Source of the DNA: an uncultured delta proteobacterium | Lineage (GTDB): Bacteria > Myxococcota_A > Polyangia > Polyangiales > JAFGIB01 | Direction: 5' to 3' | NCBI GenBank assembly: GCA_963778655.1 | Contig: CAVZVA010000010.1 | Location: 1,440,001 to 1,504,000 of the forward strand | DNA length: 64,000 nucleotides | Part shown: positions 1 through 9,442 of the stretch, piece by piece | Layout: the number at the start of each line of letters is the position of its first letter | Numbering within the stretch: the first letter of the stretch is position 1 | Program-made: the position numbers and the translations under genes | Notes under the pieces: generated by a model | Told to the model about the DNA's origin: nothing | Database searches by the model: none | Seen by the model: only the letters and a program-made list of their open reading frames with translations

Positions 1-937
1 CCGCGACGTCGGCCGCATCACCGCGCACATCGATCGCGCCTACGACCACTATCATGGGGTCAAGGTCGGCTGGTTCGGCTTCTTCGAGTCGATCGACGAC
101 AAGCAGGTCGCCCATGCCTTGTTCGACGAGGCGGTGAGCTGGGTCAAGGCGCGGGGCGCGCACGAGATCATCGGCCCGAACAACTTCACCACTAACCATC
201 AGTGCGGGCTGTTGGTGGAGAACTTCAGCCGGCCGCCGTTCGTCGAGATGACCTACAACCCGGCGTACTACGAGGCCCTGATCACGTCGTACGGCTTCGG
301 CAAGGCCAAGGATCTGTTGACCTGGTGGATCGAGGTCACCAAGGGCCTCGACGATCCCAAGATCAAGCGCTACTACGACATCAGCGAGAAGGTGAAGAAG
401 CGCTACGGGCTGACCATCCGCGGCGCGCGCATGAGTGAATTCGAAGCCGAGGTCGCGCGCGTGTTCCAGCTCTACAACGACTGCTGGCAGAAGAACTGGG
501 GCTTCGTTCCCGTCACCGAGCCCGAGTTCAAGACCATCGCCGCGGACCTGAAGCAAATCATCGTCGACTCGCTGGTGCTGTTCGTCGAGGACAAGAACGG
601 AACGCCAGTGGCGTTTTCGGTCACGCTGCCCAACGTCAACGAGGTCATGCCCAAGAACGGGCGCTTGTTCCCGTTCGGCTGGTGGAAGCTGCTCAGCGGG
701 CTCAAGAAGGTCAAGCAAGCGCGCCTGTTCGTGCTCGGCGTGCTACCGAGCCATCGCCAGCGCGGCGTCGAGGCCATGCTGTGCATCGAGACTGCGCTGC
801 GCGCCAAGCAGCTGGGGATGACGGGTGGCGAGATCGGCTGGACGCTTGAGGACAACGTGCTGATCAACCGCGCGGTCGAGACCTTCGGCGGTCACCTCGA
901 CCGGCGCTACCGGCTGTTCGGCATCGACTTGACTTGA
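1..937 (+). CDS. GNAT-family N-acetyltransferase (YghO-like), 5'-truncated by window edge
   Basis: Frame is open from position 2 (RDVGRITAHID...GWFGFFESIDD). Contains YNPAYY, WGFVP, GVLPSHRQRG (acetyl-CoA binding) and WTLEDN motifs typical of this family. Confidence 0.8.
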   Translation, partial: RDVGRITAHIDRAYDHYHGVKVGWFGFFESIDDKQVAHALFDEAVSWVKARGAHEIIGPNNFTTNHQCGLLVENFSRPPFVEMTYNPAYYEALITSYGFGKAKDLLTWWIEVTKGLDDPKIKRYYDISEKVKKRYGLTIRGARMSEFEAEVARVFQLYNDCWQKNWGFVPVTEPEFKTIAADLKQIIVDSLVLFVEDKNGTPVAFSVTLPNVNEVMPKNGRLFPFGWWKLLSGLKKVKQARLFVLGVLPSHRQRGVEAMLCIETALRAKQLGMTGGEIGWTLEDNVLINRAVETFGGHLDRRYRLFGIDLT

Positions 938-974
938 GCCAGTGACTCGGGCGACCCGCCGGCCCGTGCTCGGG

Positions 975-2195
975 CTAGCGGCCGAAGGGATTCGCTGCGC
1001 CGGTGGTGAACGTCCAGGTGAGGTTGATCGGTCCACCGCTGCCCGTGCCGGTCATGGTCACGCGGTAGGTGGTGTTCGCCATGAACGGCGTGTTGGCGTA
1101 CATGAAGGCGGTGTTGCGCAGGAAGCCGCGCGTGTTCGGGTCCGTGGAGCTGGCGGTGTCGAGCCAGACGTGCTCGATCGGCGTGCTGTCGCCGTCGACC
1201 GTCAGCGTATGCTCGGTGATGCTCAGCTTCTGGGCGTAGATGTTGATCGGCGACGAGCTCGGCCAGCCGCTGCTCGGTGCAGGCGGCATGGGTCCTTCGC
1301 GGCTGCCGTCGAAGGAGGTAGGCACGCCGGTCTGGCCGTCGTAGGGATAGACCACCACCGTGTTCGCGGGCGCGCCCATGGTGCCCGTGCCGAAGTCGAT
1401 GGTGTCGCAGCTCGTGTCGTTGCCGTAGCCGAGGTCGGTCGTCCATGGATCGAGGATCGGGATGCGGTGCCAGACCGAGTTGACCCAGGTGGCAACCGCC
1501 GAGTCCGGGTTGTCGACGAAGGCCATCACCTCGGAGTACCCGCCGAACGCGTTGTACCCGGCCGCCATCATGCGATCGCCCACGTTCGCGCCGGTGAAGC
1601 CGGTACAGCCGCTCACCTCGCCGTGCGGATCGGCGACGCACATCTGGTTGCTGCTGTTGGCTGCGTAGTAGTTGCAGTGGTTGAGCGCGGACATGTTCAG
1701 CGTGAGCACCATGTTGTCGCAGCCCGAGCCCGCCGGCACGCGCACCGCGTTGACCGCGGCCAGCGCGGCAATCGCGGCATCGGAAGCGCCTGCCGGCGCC
1801 GCCGGACAGTCGGCGGCAGCGCCGCTGCCGCCCATCGGCGCGCTGGCGCCCGCGCTGCCGGTTCCCGCGGCGCCGCTGCCGCCGGTTCCGGCCATCGGCG
1901 CGGCCATGCCGCCGGTGCTGCTCATCGGTGCGGCCATGCCGCCGGTGCTGCTCGTCGGTGCCCCCATGCCGCCGGTGCCGGGCACGCCCGTCGGCACAGC
2001 ACCGGTGGCGCCGGTCCCGTTTCCAAGGTTTCCAAGCGCAGGCGCCCCCCCACCACCCGTCCCCGGCAGGCCGGTGGAGGGCGAGCCGACGGTGGTGGAG
2101 GGGCGGCCGTTGCCGTCGGAGCTCGTGCACGCCATGCCGGAGGAAGCTGCGGCGCAAGCCCAAACGACCCACCCAAGTCTCGTCGTCATCTTCAT
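975..2195 (-). CDS. CAP/SCP-domain secreted lipoprotein with Gly/Thr-rich linker
   Basis: Only the 3' part of the 1095-aa ORF is protein-like: signal peptide with Cys (MKMTTRLG...MAC), GTGG linker, CAP motifs ALNHCNY, EVMAF, WVNSVWHRIPILDP, then a beta-rich C-terminal domain. Confidence 0.8.
   Translation of the reverse strand: MKMTTRLGWVVWACAAASSGMACTSSDGNGRPSTTVGSPSTGLPGTGGGGAPALGNLGNGTGATGAVPTGVPGTGGMGAPTSSTGGMAAPMSSTGGMAAPMAGTGGSGAAGTGSAGASAPMGGSGAAADCPAAPAGASDAAIAALAAVNAVRVPAGSGCDNMVLTLNMSALNHCNYYAANSSNQMCVADPHGEVSGCTGFTGANVGDRMMAAGYNAFGGYSEVMAFVDNPDSAVATWVNSVWHRIPILDPWTTDLGYGNDTSCDTIDFGTGTMGAPANTVVVYPYDGQTGVPTSFDGSREGPMPPAPSSGWPSSSPINIYAQKLSITEHTLTVDGDSTPIEHVWLDTASSTDPNTRGFLRNTAFMYANTPFMANTTYRVTMTGTGSGGPINLTWTFTTGAANPFGR
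1893..1980. repeat. 30-bp tandem repeat x3 encoding the TGGMAAPMSS linker
   Basis: catcggygcggccatgccgccggtgctgct unit visible three times, the third degenerate. Confidence 0.8.
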
Positions 2196-2398
2196 GCCAA
2201 TCGTCCCTGTCCCGAGCCAGGGGCGCGCGCATCCCGAGCAACCGCACCTCTTTTGGGGGCAATTGCGCCGCGGACCCGACCAGGCTCTCCGGTGTAGTTC
2301 CCTGTCGCCGCTCCGGCGGGTCAGCGCTAAGTCGCCGCCGCGTGCCGCGCGGGTGAGGCGGGGTGCGGGTGCAGGCAAGCTGCGCCACACCGCCCGTC

Positions 2399-2876
2399 TC
2401 AACGTCCGTCCCCGCAACTCGCTCGAGCCCGCGCCAGCAGGCGGGGCTGGGGCGAGAGGCTCGCCAGTCGCCGCAGCAGCGGCTGGGCCTCGGCCGTGCG
2501 GCCCAGCACGCACAGCGTCGCGGCCCGCTCGGTCAGCCGCTCGGCCGCGAGCGCGGGACGGGGATAGCGCTGCGCCAGCCGATCGAGCAGCTCGAGCGCG
2601 CGCTCGGGCTGGTTTGTGCTCGCGGTAGCAGCGCGCGGCACCCAGCGCGGCCATCTCCGGCTGCAGGCCGGGCGCGTGCGCATCGGCGGTATCGAACGGC
2701 ACGGGCCGCGCCACCGCTGCGCGCGTTGCAAGCGCATGGGGCGTCTGGCCGGCCGGTGCACGCAGCCACAGCGCGGCGCCCGCGGCGGCGAGCGCCGCGC
2801 ACGCAGCCAGCGTGACCCGCGGGCGCGGCCACCTGCCGGCCGAGCGGGCGGCGCCGCTGGCTGCGTCCGTGCTCAT
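2399..2876 (-). CDS. Small single-TM protein with C-terminal TPR-like helices (myxobacterial anti-sigma-tail type); +1 frameshift near 2613
   Basis: MSTDAAS...LAACAALAAAGAALWL...PEMAALGAARCYREH continues in another frame as NQPERALELLDRLAQRYPRPALAAERLTERAATLCVLGR. Removing one A from cacaaaccag fuses the two parts. Confidence 0.6.
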
Positions 2877-3080
2877 TCTCGATCGACGACATCGAGACGA
2901 TTCGGGCGTGGATCGCCGCCGGTGCTCCCGGGCCCGACGGTTGAAGGCTGCCGCGATCGCGAGCGGCGCGCGTCGCGCGGCCCTGGCAATTGCACGCGCG
3001 CCTCCGGCGTTTTCGGGTAGCATGGAGGCTCGTGCTCGCCGTGCCTTGGCCTGGGCGTGTCGGGCTCGCGAGAGGAATTG

Positions 3081-4538
3081 ATGGCGGTGGAGCACGAGCT
3101 GGCGGGTCTCGACGCCACGGCGCAGGCCGGGCTGGTGCGCGACGGCGAGCTGTCGGCCACCGAGCTGGTCGAGCACGCGATCGCGCGTCTGGAGCGCCAC
3201 AACCCCGCGCTCAACGCGGTGATCCGCCGCGATTTCGAGCGCGCGCGCGAGCGTGCGCGGAGCGTGGTCGCGGGCGACGACGACGCGCCGCCCTTCGCCG
3301 GCGTGCCCACGCTGCTCAAGGACATCGGCGCGGCCGAGGCCGGGCAGCCCTGCTACTCGGGCATGGCCGCGCTGCAACGGGTCGACCACCGCGAGCCCCG
3401 CGACAGCTACTTCGTGCGCAAGCTGCTGGCAGGCGGCTTCATCCCGCTCGGCCGCACCAATTTGCCCGAGCTCGCGCTCGTCGCCACCACCGAGCCGGCG
3501 GCGTTCGGGGCCACGCGTAACCCGTGGAGCCTCGAGCACAGCGCGGGCGGCAGCAGCGGCGGCAGCGCCGCGGCCGTGGCGGCCGGCATCGTGCCGGTGG
3601 CGCACGCCAGCGACGGCGGCGGCTCGATCCGCGGGCCGGCCAGCATGTGCGCGCTGGTCGGGCTCAAGCCGAGCCGCGGCCGCTGCTCGTTCGGCCCGCA
3701 GCGCGCCGAGCGCTGGAGCGGGCTTTCGGTCGAGCTCATGCTGACGCGCAGCGTGCGCGACTGCGCGGCGTTGCTCGACCTGCTCGCAGGTCCGATGCCG
3801 GGCGACCCCTATCACGCGCCGCCGCCCGCGCGACCGTACAAGCTGGCGCTGGGCGACGATGGCGGCAAGCTGCGCATCGGCGTGCTGGCGCACGGGCCGC
3901 GCGGGGTCGAGCTCGATCCGGGCTGCGAGCAGGCGGTGAGCGAGATGGCACGCACGCTCGAGCAGCTGGGCCACGACGTGCAGCCGGTGTATCCCGAGGC
4001 GCTCGACGAGCCCGAGACGCCGCTGCTGTGGGTGGAGCTGGTCGCGTGCAACGTGGCGCGCGCGCTCGACGCCGCCGCCGACGCGGTGGGACGCGCCCTG
4101 ACGGAGGCGGACGTCGAGCCGTTGACCTGGGCGCTGTGCCAGCACGGCCGTTCGGTGGCCGCGCCGAAGTACCTGCAGACGCTGGAGAAGGCCCACGCCT
4201 TCGGCCGCCGCCTGTGCGCGTTCTTCGAGCATCGCTGCGAGTTGCTGCTCACGCCCACGCAAGCGGCGCCGCCGCCGCGGCTCGGCTACCTGAGCTCGAC
4301 GCCGCAGGAGCCGTTCCGCGCGCTGCTGCGCTCGGCGCCCTACGGCGTGTTCACGCTGCCCTTCAACATGTCGGGGCAGCCGGCGATCTCGCTGCCGACG
4401 ACCTGGACCGCGGACGGCCTGCCGCTCGGCACCCAGCTCGTCGCCGCCTTTGGACGCGAGGATCGCCTACTCCGCGTGGCCGCGCAGCTGGAGCGGGCAC
4501 GGCCCTGGGCCGGGCGGCGGCCCGCGGTCTTCGGTTAG
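3081..4538 (+). CDS. Amidase-signature family enzyme
   Basis: LLKD, GRTNLPE, GGSSGGSAAAVAAG and SDGGGSIRGPAS (Ser-cisSer-Lys triad); GAGGA upstream of ATG 3081. Confidence 0.93.
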   Translation: MAVEHELAGLDATAQAGLVRDGELSATELVEHAIARLERHNPALNAVIRRDFERARERARSVVAGDDDAPPFAGVPTLLKDIGAAEAGQPCYSGMAALQRVDHREPRDSYFVRKLLAGGFIPLGRTNLPELALVATTEPAAFGATRNPWSLEHSAGGSSGGSAAAVAAGIVPVAHASDGGGSIRGPASMCALVGLKPSRGRCSFGPQRAERWSGLSVELMLTRSVRDCAALLDLLAGPMPGDPYHAPPPARPYKLALGDDGGKLRIGVLAHGPRGVELDPGCEQAVSEMARTLEQLGHDVQPVYPEALDEPETPLLWVELVACNVARALDAAADAVGRALTEADVEPLTWALCQHGRSVAAPKYLQTLEKAHAFGRRLCAFFEHRCELLLTPTQAAPPPRLGYLSSTPQEPFRALLRSAPYGVFTLPFNMSGQPAISLPTTWTADGLPLGTQLVAAFGREDRLLRVAAQLERARPWAGRRPAVFG

Positions 4539-4868
4539 TGCCTCACTACATGACCGATCACGATTCGAGGTTCGGCCATGCCGATCGGTCATGGAGCGCT
4601 GCGGCGGGTGCTGCACCAGCGCGAGAGGGTGAATGCGCGGCGTCGCCCCGCGTGCGTCCGTGGAGAGATGGGCATTCCGCTGCCGCTGTATCGCGCCCGT
4701 TTCGGGACGGTGACGGCGCCCGATCGGGCCCGAGATCACCGCGATGGACTGGACCCGGACGGGCTTCTTGTTCGATGCTAGCGCGCTGACGCGGGCGAAA
4801 GCCGCTCGCGTGGCTTGCATGCGAGGCGCCCGAGGGGCGCGTGCTCGCGTGCGGAAAAGGCACACACG

Positions 4869-6155
4869 ATGGGCACAGCGAAGCTCAGCTATGAAGGCAA
4901 GGAATACGAGTTCCCCGTGGTGGAAGGCAGCGAAGGCGAAAAGGCGATCGTCATTACCGAGCTGCGCAAGAGGACCGGCCTGATCACACTCGATTCGGGC
5001 TACGCCAACACGGGCTCGTGCCAGAGCGCGATCACCTTCATCGACGGCGAAAAGGGCATCCTTCGCTATCGCGGCTATCCGATCGAGCAGGTGGCCGAAC
5101 GCGCCCGTTTCACCGAGGTCTGCTATCTGCTGATCTACGGCAAGCGCCCCGACCCCGAGGAGCTCGCAACGTTCCGCGATTCGATGAACCGGCACACGCT
5201 GCTGCACGAGGACATGAAGAAGTTCTACGAGGGCTACCCGCCCGGCGCCCATCCGATGGCGATCATGGCGGCGATGGTGGCCTCGCTCTCGAGCTTCTAT
5301 CCGCCGACCGAGGACAACCTCGACATGAACATCGTGCGGATCCTGGCCAAGTCCAAGACGCTGGCCGCGTTCGCGCACAAGAAGTCGATCGGGCAGCCCT
5401 TCGTCTATCCGCGCAACAACCTGTCCTGGCCGGCGAACTTTCTGCGCATGATGTTCGCGGTGCCGGCCGAGGACTACGAAGTCAATCCGGTGATCGAAGA
5501 GGCGCTCAACATGCTGCTGATCCTGCACGCGGATCACGAGCAGAACTGCAGCACCTCGACCATGCGCATGGTGGGCTCGAGCGAGGCCAACCTGTTCGCG
5601 TCGATCGCGGCCTCGATCTGCGCGCTGTGGGGGCCGCGCCACGGCGGCGCCAATCAGGAGGTGATCGAGATGCTGGAGGCCATCCAGGCCGACGGCGGGC
5701 ATTTCGAGCGCTTCCTCGATCAGGTCAAGAAGGGCGAGTCCAAGATCCGCTTGATGGGCTTCGGCCATCGCGTCTACAAGAACTTCGACCCACGCGCGAG
5801 GCTGCTCAAGAAGGCGTGCGACAGCGTGTTCGACGCGCTCGGCATCCACGATCCACTGCTGGATCTGGCCAAGAAGCTGGAGGAGACCGCGCTGCGCGAC
5901 GAGTATTTCGTCAAGCGCAAGCTCTATCCCAACGTCGACTTCTACAGCGGCATCATCTACCGCGCGATGGGCATTCCGACCGAGATGTTCACGGTGATGT
6001 TCGCGCTCGGGCGGCTGCCGGGCTGGATCGCGCACTGGGTCGAGCAGCGCAAGGACGCGGACTTCAAGATCCACCGGCCGCGCCAGATCTACATCGGCGA
6101 GACCGAGCGCACCTTCGAAGACCGGGGCACCAAGCGCCTGCCGACCGGGCGCTGA
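4869..6155 (+). CDS. gltA: Citrate synthase (type II-like)
   Basis: GILRYRGYPIE, LHADHEQNCST, LWGPRHGGAN, GFGHRVYKNFDPR, YPNVDFYSG. Confidence 0.97.
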   Translation: MGTAKLSYEGKEYEFPVVEGSEGEKAIVITELRKRTGLITLDSGYANTGSCQSAITFIDGEKGILRYRGYPIEQVAERARFTEVCYLLIYGKRPDPEELATFRDSMNRHTLLHEDMKKFYEGYPPGAHPMAIMAAMVASLSSFYPPTEDNLDMNIVRILAKSKTLAAFAHKKSIGQPFVYPRNNLSWPANFLRMMFAVPAEDYEVNPVIEEALNMLLILHADHEQNCSTSTMRMVGSSEANLFASIAASICALWGPRHGGANQEVIEMLEAIQADGGHFERFLDQVKKGESKIRLMGFGHRVYKNFDPRARLLKKACDSVFDALGIHDPLLDLAKKLEETALRDEYFVKRKLYPNVDFYSGIIYRAMGIPTEMFTVMFALGRLPGWIAHWVEQRKDADFKIHRPRQIYIGETERTFEDRGTKRLPTGR

Positions 6156-6346
6156 GGCGCGACGCTGGCTGTGGGCCGAGCGGTCTCCACCAACGTGGAG
6201 GCCACGCAAGGATTGGGCCGCAGCGGCGCGCGGCCCGGTATTGAGCGCTCGACGAAAGCGCCTCGTCCGTAGTGTCGTCCCGAAGGCCGATCCGCAGACG
6301 ATCGGCGCCGCGGATGACGCGCGATGCGGAGCTGTCCGGCAAACGG

Positions 6347-6421
6347 CTACATGCAACCGGGCACTGCGCCGCAGATGGACACGATCGAGTCCTGGGATAC
6401 TTCGTTCTCTGCGACTGGCAT
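6347..6421 (-). CDS. Candidate 24-aa small ORF MPVAENEVSQDSIVSICGAVPGCM
   Basis: Shine-Dalgarno-like AGAAAGGA 7 nt before ATG 6421; TAG at 6347-6349. Below the ORF-track cutoff and no homology recognised. Confidence 0.3.
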   Translation of the reverse strand: MPVAENEVSQDSIVSICGAVPGCM

Positions 6422-6643
6422 AGTGGTTTCCTTTCTCAGCTAGAAACCTCCGGCCTGTACACAAAATTCCGCGCACTCCCTCGATGCGCATTGCGGGACG
6501 ACGTCGCCCGAGCCGACCCTTTTACGCGGTGTTCGGGATTGCTCGACTCGGCGTCGCACTCGACCTCGGGCTCCTCGTCGGCGCCATCGCGCTGTCATGC
6601 AGCACTGGCTCGAAGCTCACAGGGCGGAGCTCAGAACGGCGGC

Positions 6644-6814
6644 CTAGAGCACCGAACACATTGAAACACGCACGATTTCGGGGCCCTCGCGGGCGCATGG
6701 CACGCGTGCTCCCCGCTCGAGGTGGGATGTACTACGCCTGCGGGCTTCCGCCCGCACCCTGCATCCCGCCATGACCCCGACTTCGCACACGTTTCAATAT
6801 GTTCGGTGCTCTAG
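6644..6814 (-). mobile_element. 171-bp MITE-like hairpin element, copy 1
   Basis: Terminal inverted repeats CTAGAGCACCGAACA(C/T)ATTGAAAC...GTTTCAATATGTTCGGTGCTCTAG; near-identical inverted copy at 38093-38263. Confidence 0.85.
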
Positions 6815-7285
6815 CTTGGCGTAGCAGCTGACTGACAGCGCCCGCTCCCAACAGTACCGAGCGCAATCTAAGGTTCCGTGCAGGAGCCGGTCGTTCCATT
6901 CTGACTGGGCAGGCCGCTGCGACTCGACCGCTGTGCGGAGAAACTCGGGATTGGCCGGAGGTCGCGGCGGTCCGGCGTTCCGGCCGCAGGGCAGCGCCCG
7001 GCGCCGGCCGTGCTGCCAGCTCGCAGCCCCTTCCCCCGCAGCGTCCCCAAGTGAGTGGGATTGCTGGTGGGGCCAGCCGTGGACGCCTCGCGAACGGAGT
7101 TGTGTAGCAACTCTGAAAGGATTGGCGCGCGGCGTGGGAACTAGGGTCGGTGATGGTGAAGGTGTGGAGCTGTGCGCAAGAAGCGCTTGAAGACCACCGA
7201 GAAAGAGGAACGCACGCCAACCCGGTCGGAGGCATGCGTCCGCTCCTTCTCGCTCGAGCCTCTCGGCCAGCCCAGTGGAGGAACC

Positions 7286-8395
7286 ATGCAACGGTGTGCT
7301 TTTTCGGTATCAGCCATGGCTGTTGTCGCCGCTGCGGCATTGCTGGGCTGCAGTAGCAACTCGAACAATGGAGCCAACCCCGCGGCGGGAACTGGCGGCG
7401 CGCAAGCGTTTGGCGCCACGGGCGGCACCATCGGAAGCCCCGGCGGTGTCATGGCGCCAGTCGGTACGGGCGGCACCCTCGGGGGCACCGGCGGTGTCAT
7501 GGCGTCAGGGGGAACGGGCGGAACCCTCGGGAGCACCGGAGGCGCACCGGCGGCAGTGGGAACCGGTGGCACCATGGCGGGAAGCGGCGGCCAACCCGCG
7601 GCAGCCGGAGCAGGGGGAGCGGCCGCAGGAAGTGGCGGTGCCGGCGGAAGCGGCGGCTCGCCGATGGCGGCGGGCACCTGTGTGCCGGCCACCAGCGTCG
7701 ACGCCGATGGGCCATTCACCCCGACGCACATCGAAAACGGGGGGCCCACCGGCGGCAGCTGGGTCTTCTATCCGCAGGAGCTCGGCATGAACGGCATGCT
7801 GCATCCGGTCTTCAACTGGGGTCCGGGTGCCGGCACAGGCCCGGACGCGTACGTCGACCATCTAAACCGGCTCGCGTCTCACGGCTTCGTGGTGATCAGC
7901 CAGCCGTCCTCGGGTACCGGGGATACGGAGAAGGCCGCGCTCGATTGGATCCTGGCCGAGAACGACAAGCCCGACAGCATGTTCTACCACAAGCTGGATC
8001 CCGACCGAGTTGGAACGGGCGGCCACTCGTTGGGCGCGCTCACCACCTTTGCGATGGCGAGCGATCCGCGTCTCAAGCTCTACGTTCTGGTCTGTGGCGG
8101 CAGTGGCTCGGGCACGACCGGCGCAGCGGATATCCATGCCCCTGCAATCATCCTGGGCGGAGACAGCGATCCAGGAACTCCCAACTTCGAGCCCGACTAC
8201 TCCGCAATCACGCAGCCCGTGGTCTTCTTGACCAAGACCGGCACCGATCACATCTACTGCGCGAGAAACAACCTGGCGCCTTGGGTCGCATTCATGCGCT
8301 GGCAGTTCTGCGGTGAAACCCAGTGGAAGGCCGACTTCTTCGATGGCGGCACCTACTGCAAAGTCCCTTGGACCTGCAAGAGCAAGGGCTGGTAG
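7286..8395 (+). CDS. Secreted alpha/beta-hydrolase lipoprotein (cutinase/chlorophyllase-like fold)
   Basis: GGAGG RBS; lipobox ALLGC; Gly-rich linker with about 16-aa repeats; LASHGFVV, nucleophile GHSLGA, GGDSD, TDH. Confidence 0.85.
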   Translation: MQRCAFSVSAMAVVAAAALLGCSSNSNNGANPAAGTGGAQAFGATGGTIGSPGGVMAPVGTGGTLGGTGGVMASGGTGGTLGSTGGAPAAVGTGGTMAGSGGQPAAAGAGGAAAGSGGAGGSGGSPMAAGTCVPATSVDADGPFTPTHIENGGPTGGSWVFYPQELGMNGMLHPVFNWGPGAGTGPDAYVDHLNRLASHGFVVISQPSSGTGDTEKAALDWILAENDKPDSMFYHKLDPDRVGTGGHSLGALTTFAMASDPRLKLYVLVCGGSGSGTTGAADIHAPAIILGGDSDPGTPNFEPDYSAITQPVVFLTKTGTDHIYCARNNLAPWVAFMRWQFCGETQWKADFFDGGTYCKVPWTCKSKGW

Positions 8396-8701
8396 CCGCG
8401 GCGTTGCGAGCGCGATCTTGCCGCGGCTGGAGGCGCGTGCGCCTGCGGTGAAGCGCGCGTGGCGACACTGAACGCGGGCGCCGCCGGTGCGAGCAGTCCG
8501 GGTGAGGCGAGCTGGGATGGCTGCGCACCTTGGCGGCACCGGCGTCGTCGCCGCATACGCCGGGTCGGCCCTTCGTCAACCGGTGCCCCGCTCGACATCG
8601 CCTCAGACACGATCTCCGCTCACGATCACCCGGTCAGAGCACCAGCTGGTAGAATGGAGCGACGCCGGCTGCGGGCTCGGGTCGCGGCCGGCTACGAGGG
8701 C

Positions 8702-9259
8702 ATGGCAAAGTTCAAGGGCACGGTGTTCGAGTCGACGCGGTTGTTCACCGTGCGTGAATTCGGGCCCGAAGGCGCGGAGCGCGTGCTGGCCGAGCTGTCC
8801 GAGGCCGATCGCCGCGTGCTCGCGGAGCTCTCCGCCATCAGCTGGTGCCCGGTCGAGCCGGTGCTGCGCTTTCACCACGCGCTCGATCGCGTGTTCGGGA
8901 GCGGCGACCTCGCGCTGTGCGTGCGCGCCGGATACTTCAGCGCCGGCTGGTCGCTGAACACGGTGCTCAAGCTGTTCTTGCGCTTCAGCTCGCCACTGTG
9001 GCTGGTGGAGCGCGCCACCAGCGTGTGGGGCCGCTATCACGACACCGGACAGTGGCGGATCGAGCAAGCCGACGGCAACCGCATCGTGGGCGAGCTGCAC
9101 GGCTTCGAGGTCGGCGATCCGGCGTTCTGTGCGCGGCTGCGCGGCTGGTTGCAGGGCGCGGTGGAGCTCACCGGCGGACAGCACGCGGTGGTGACCGAAA
9201 CCCGCTGCGTTTGCCGCGGCGACGACTGCTGTGCGTTCTCGCTCGGCTGGCAAGGCTGA
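8702..9259 (+). CDS. V4R/H-NOX-like small ligand-binding protein (myxobacterial DUF2378-like)
   Basis: MAKFKGT start, SWCP, WGRYHDTG and C-terminal GWLQGAVELTGG...ETRCVCRGDDCCAFSLGW V4R pattern. Confidence 0.7.
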   Translation: MAKFKGTVFESTRLFTVREFGPEGAERVLAELSEADRRVLAELSAISWCPVEPVLRFHHALDRVFGSGDLALCVRAGYFSAGWSLNTVLKLFLRFSSPLWLVERATSVWGRYHDTGQWRIEQADGNRIVGELHGFEVGDPAFCARLRGWLQGAVELTGGQHAVVTETRCVCRGDDCCAFSLGWQG

Positions 9260-9442
9260 GCGCGCGCCGTCGAGCCCATGGTGATCGCCCTCGCGGGGAC
9301 GCCCCCGGCCAGGTGTCTTGCCGGCGCGCCGTGGCGCCCTGGCCGCCGCCCAACGCCGCGGCCGCCCCCCCGGCGCGGGATGGCGGTCGCCGCGAGGGTG
9401 TCTACCTACACCCGAGTCGCTCGGGCCAGAGGAGGGATCACA

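Noticed and set aside
975..4262. 1095-aa ORF as one giant protein
   Set aside because: It is a chance fusion of the amidase antisense frame, part of the TM-TPR gene and the CAP gene; only 975-2195 is a coherent gene.
4467..6491. Long antisense and alternate-frame ORFs throughout (e.g. opposite gltA, UbiD, DUF1592)
   Set aside because: These Arg/Ala/Pro-rich shadows are expected in high-GC DNA and carry no motifs.
6644..6814. ATTGAAAC / GTTTCAAT resembles the end of many CRISPR repeats
   Set aside because: It occurs only as inverted termini of a 171-bp element; there is no direct-repeat/spacer array and no cas gene in the window.
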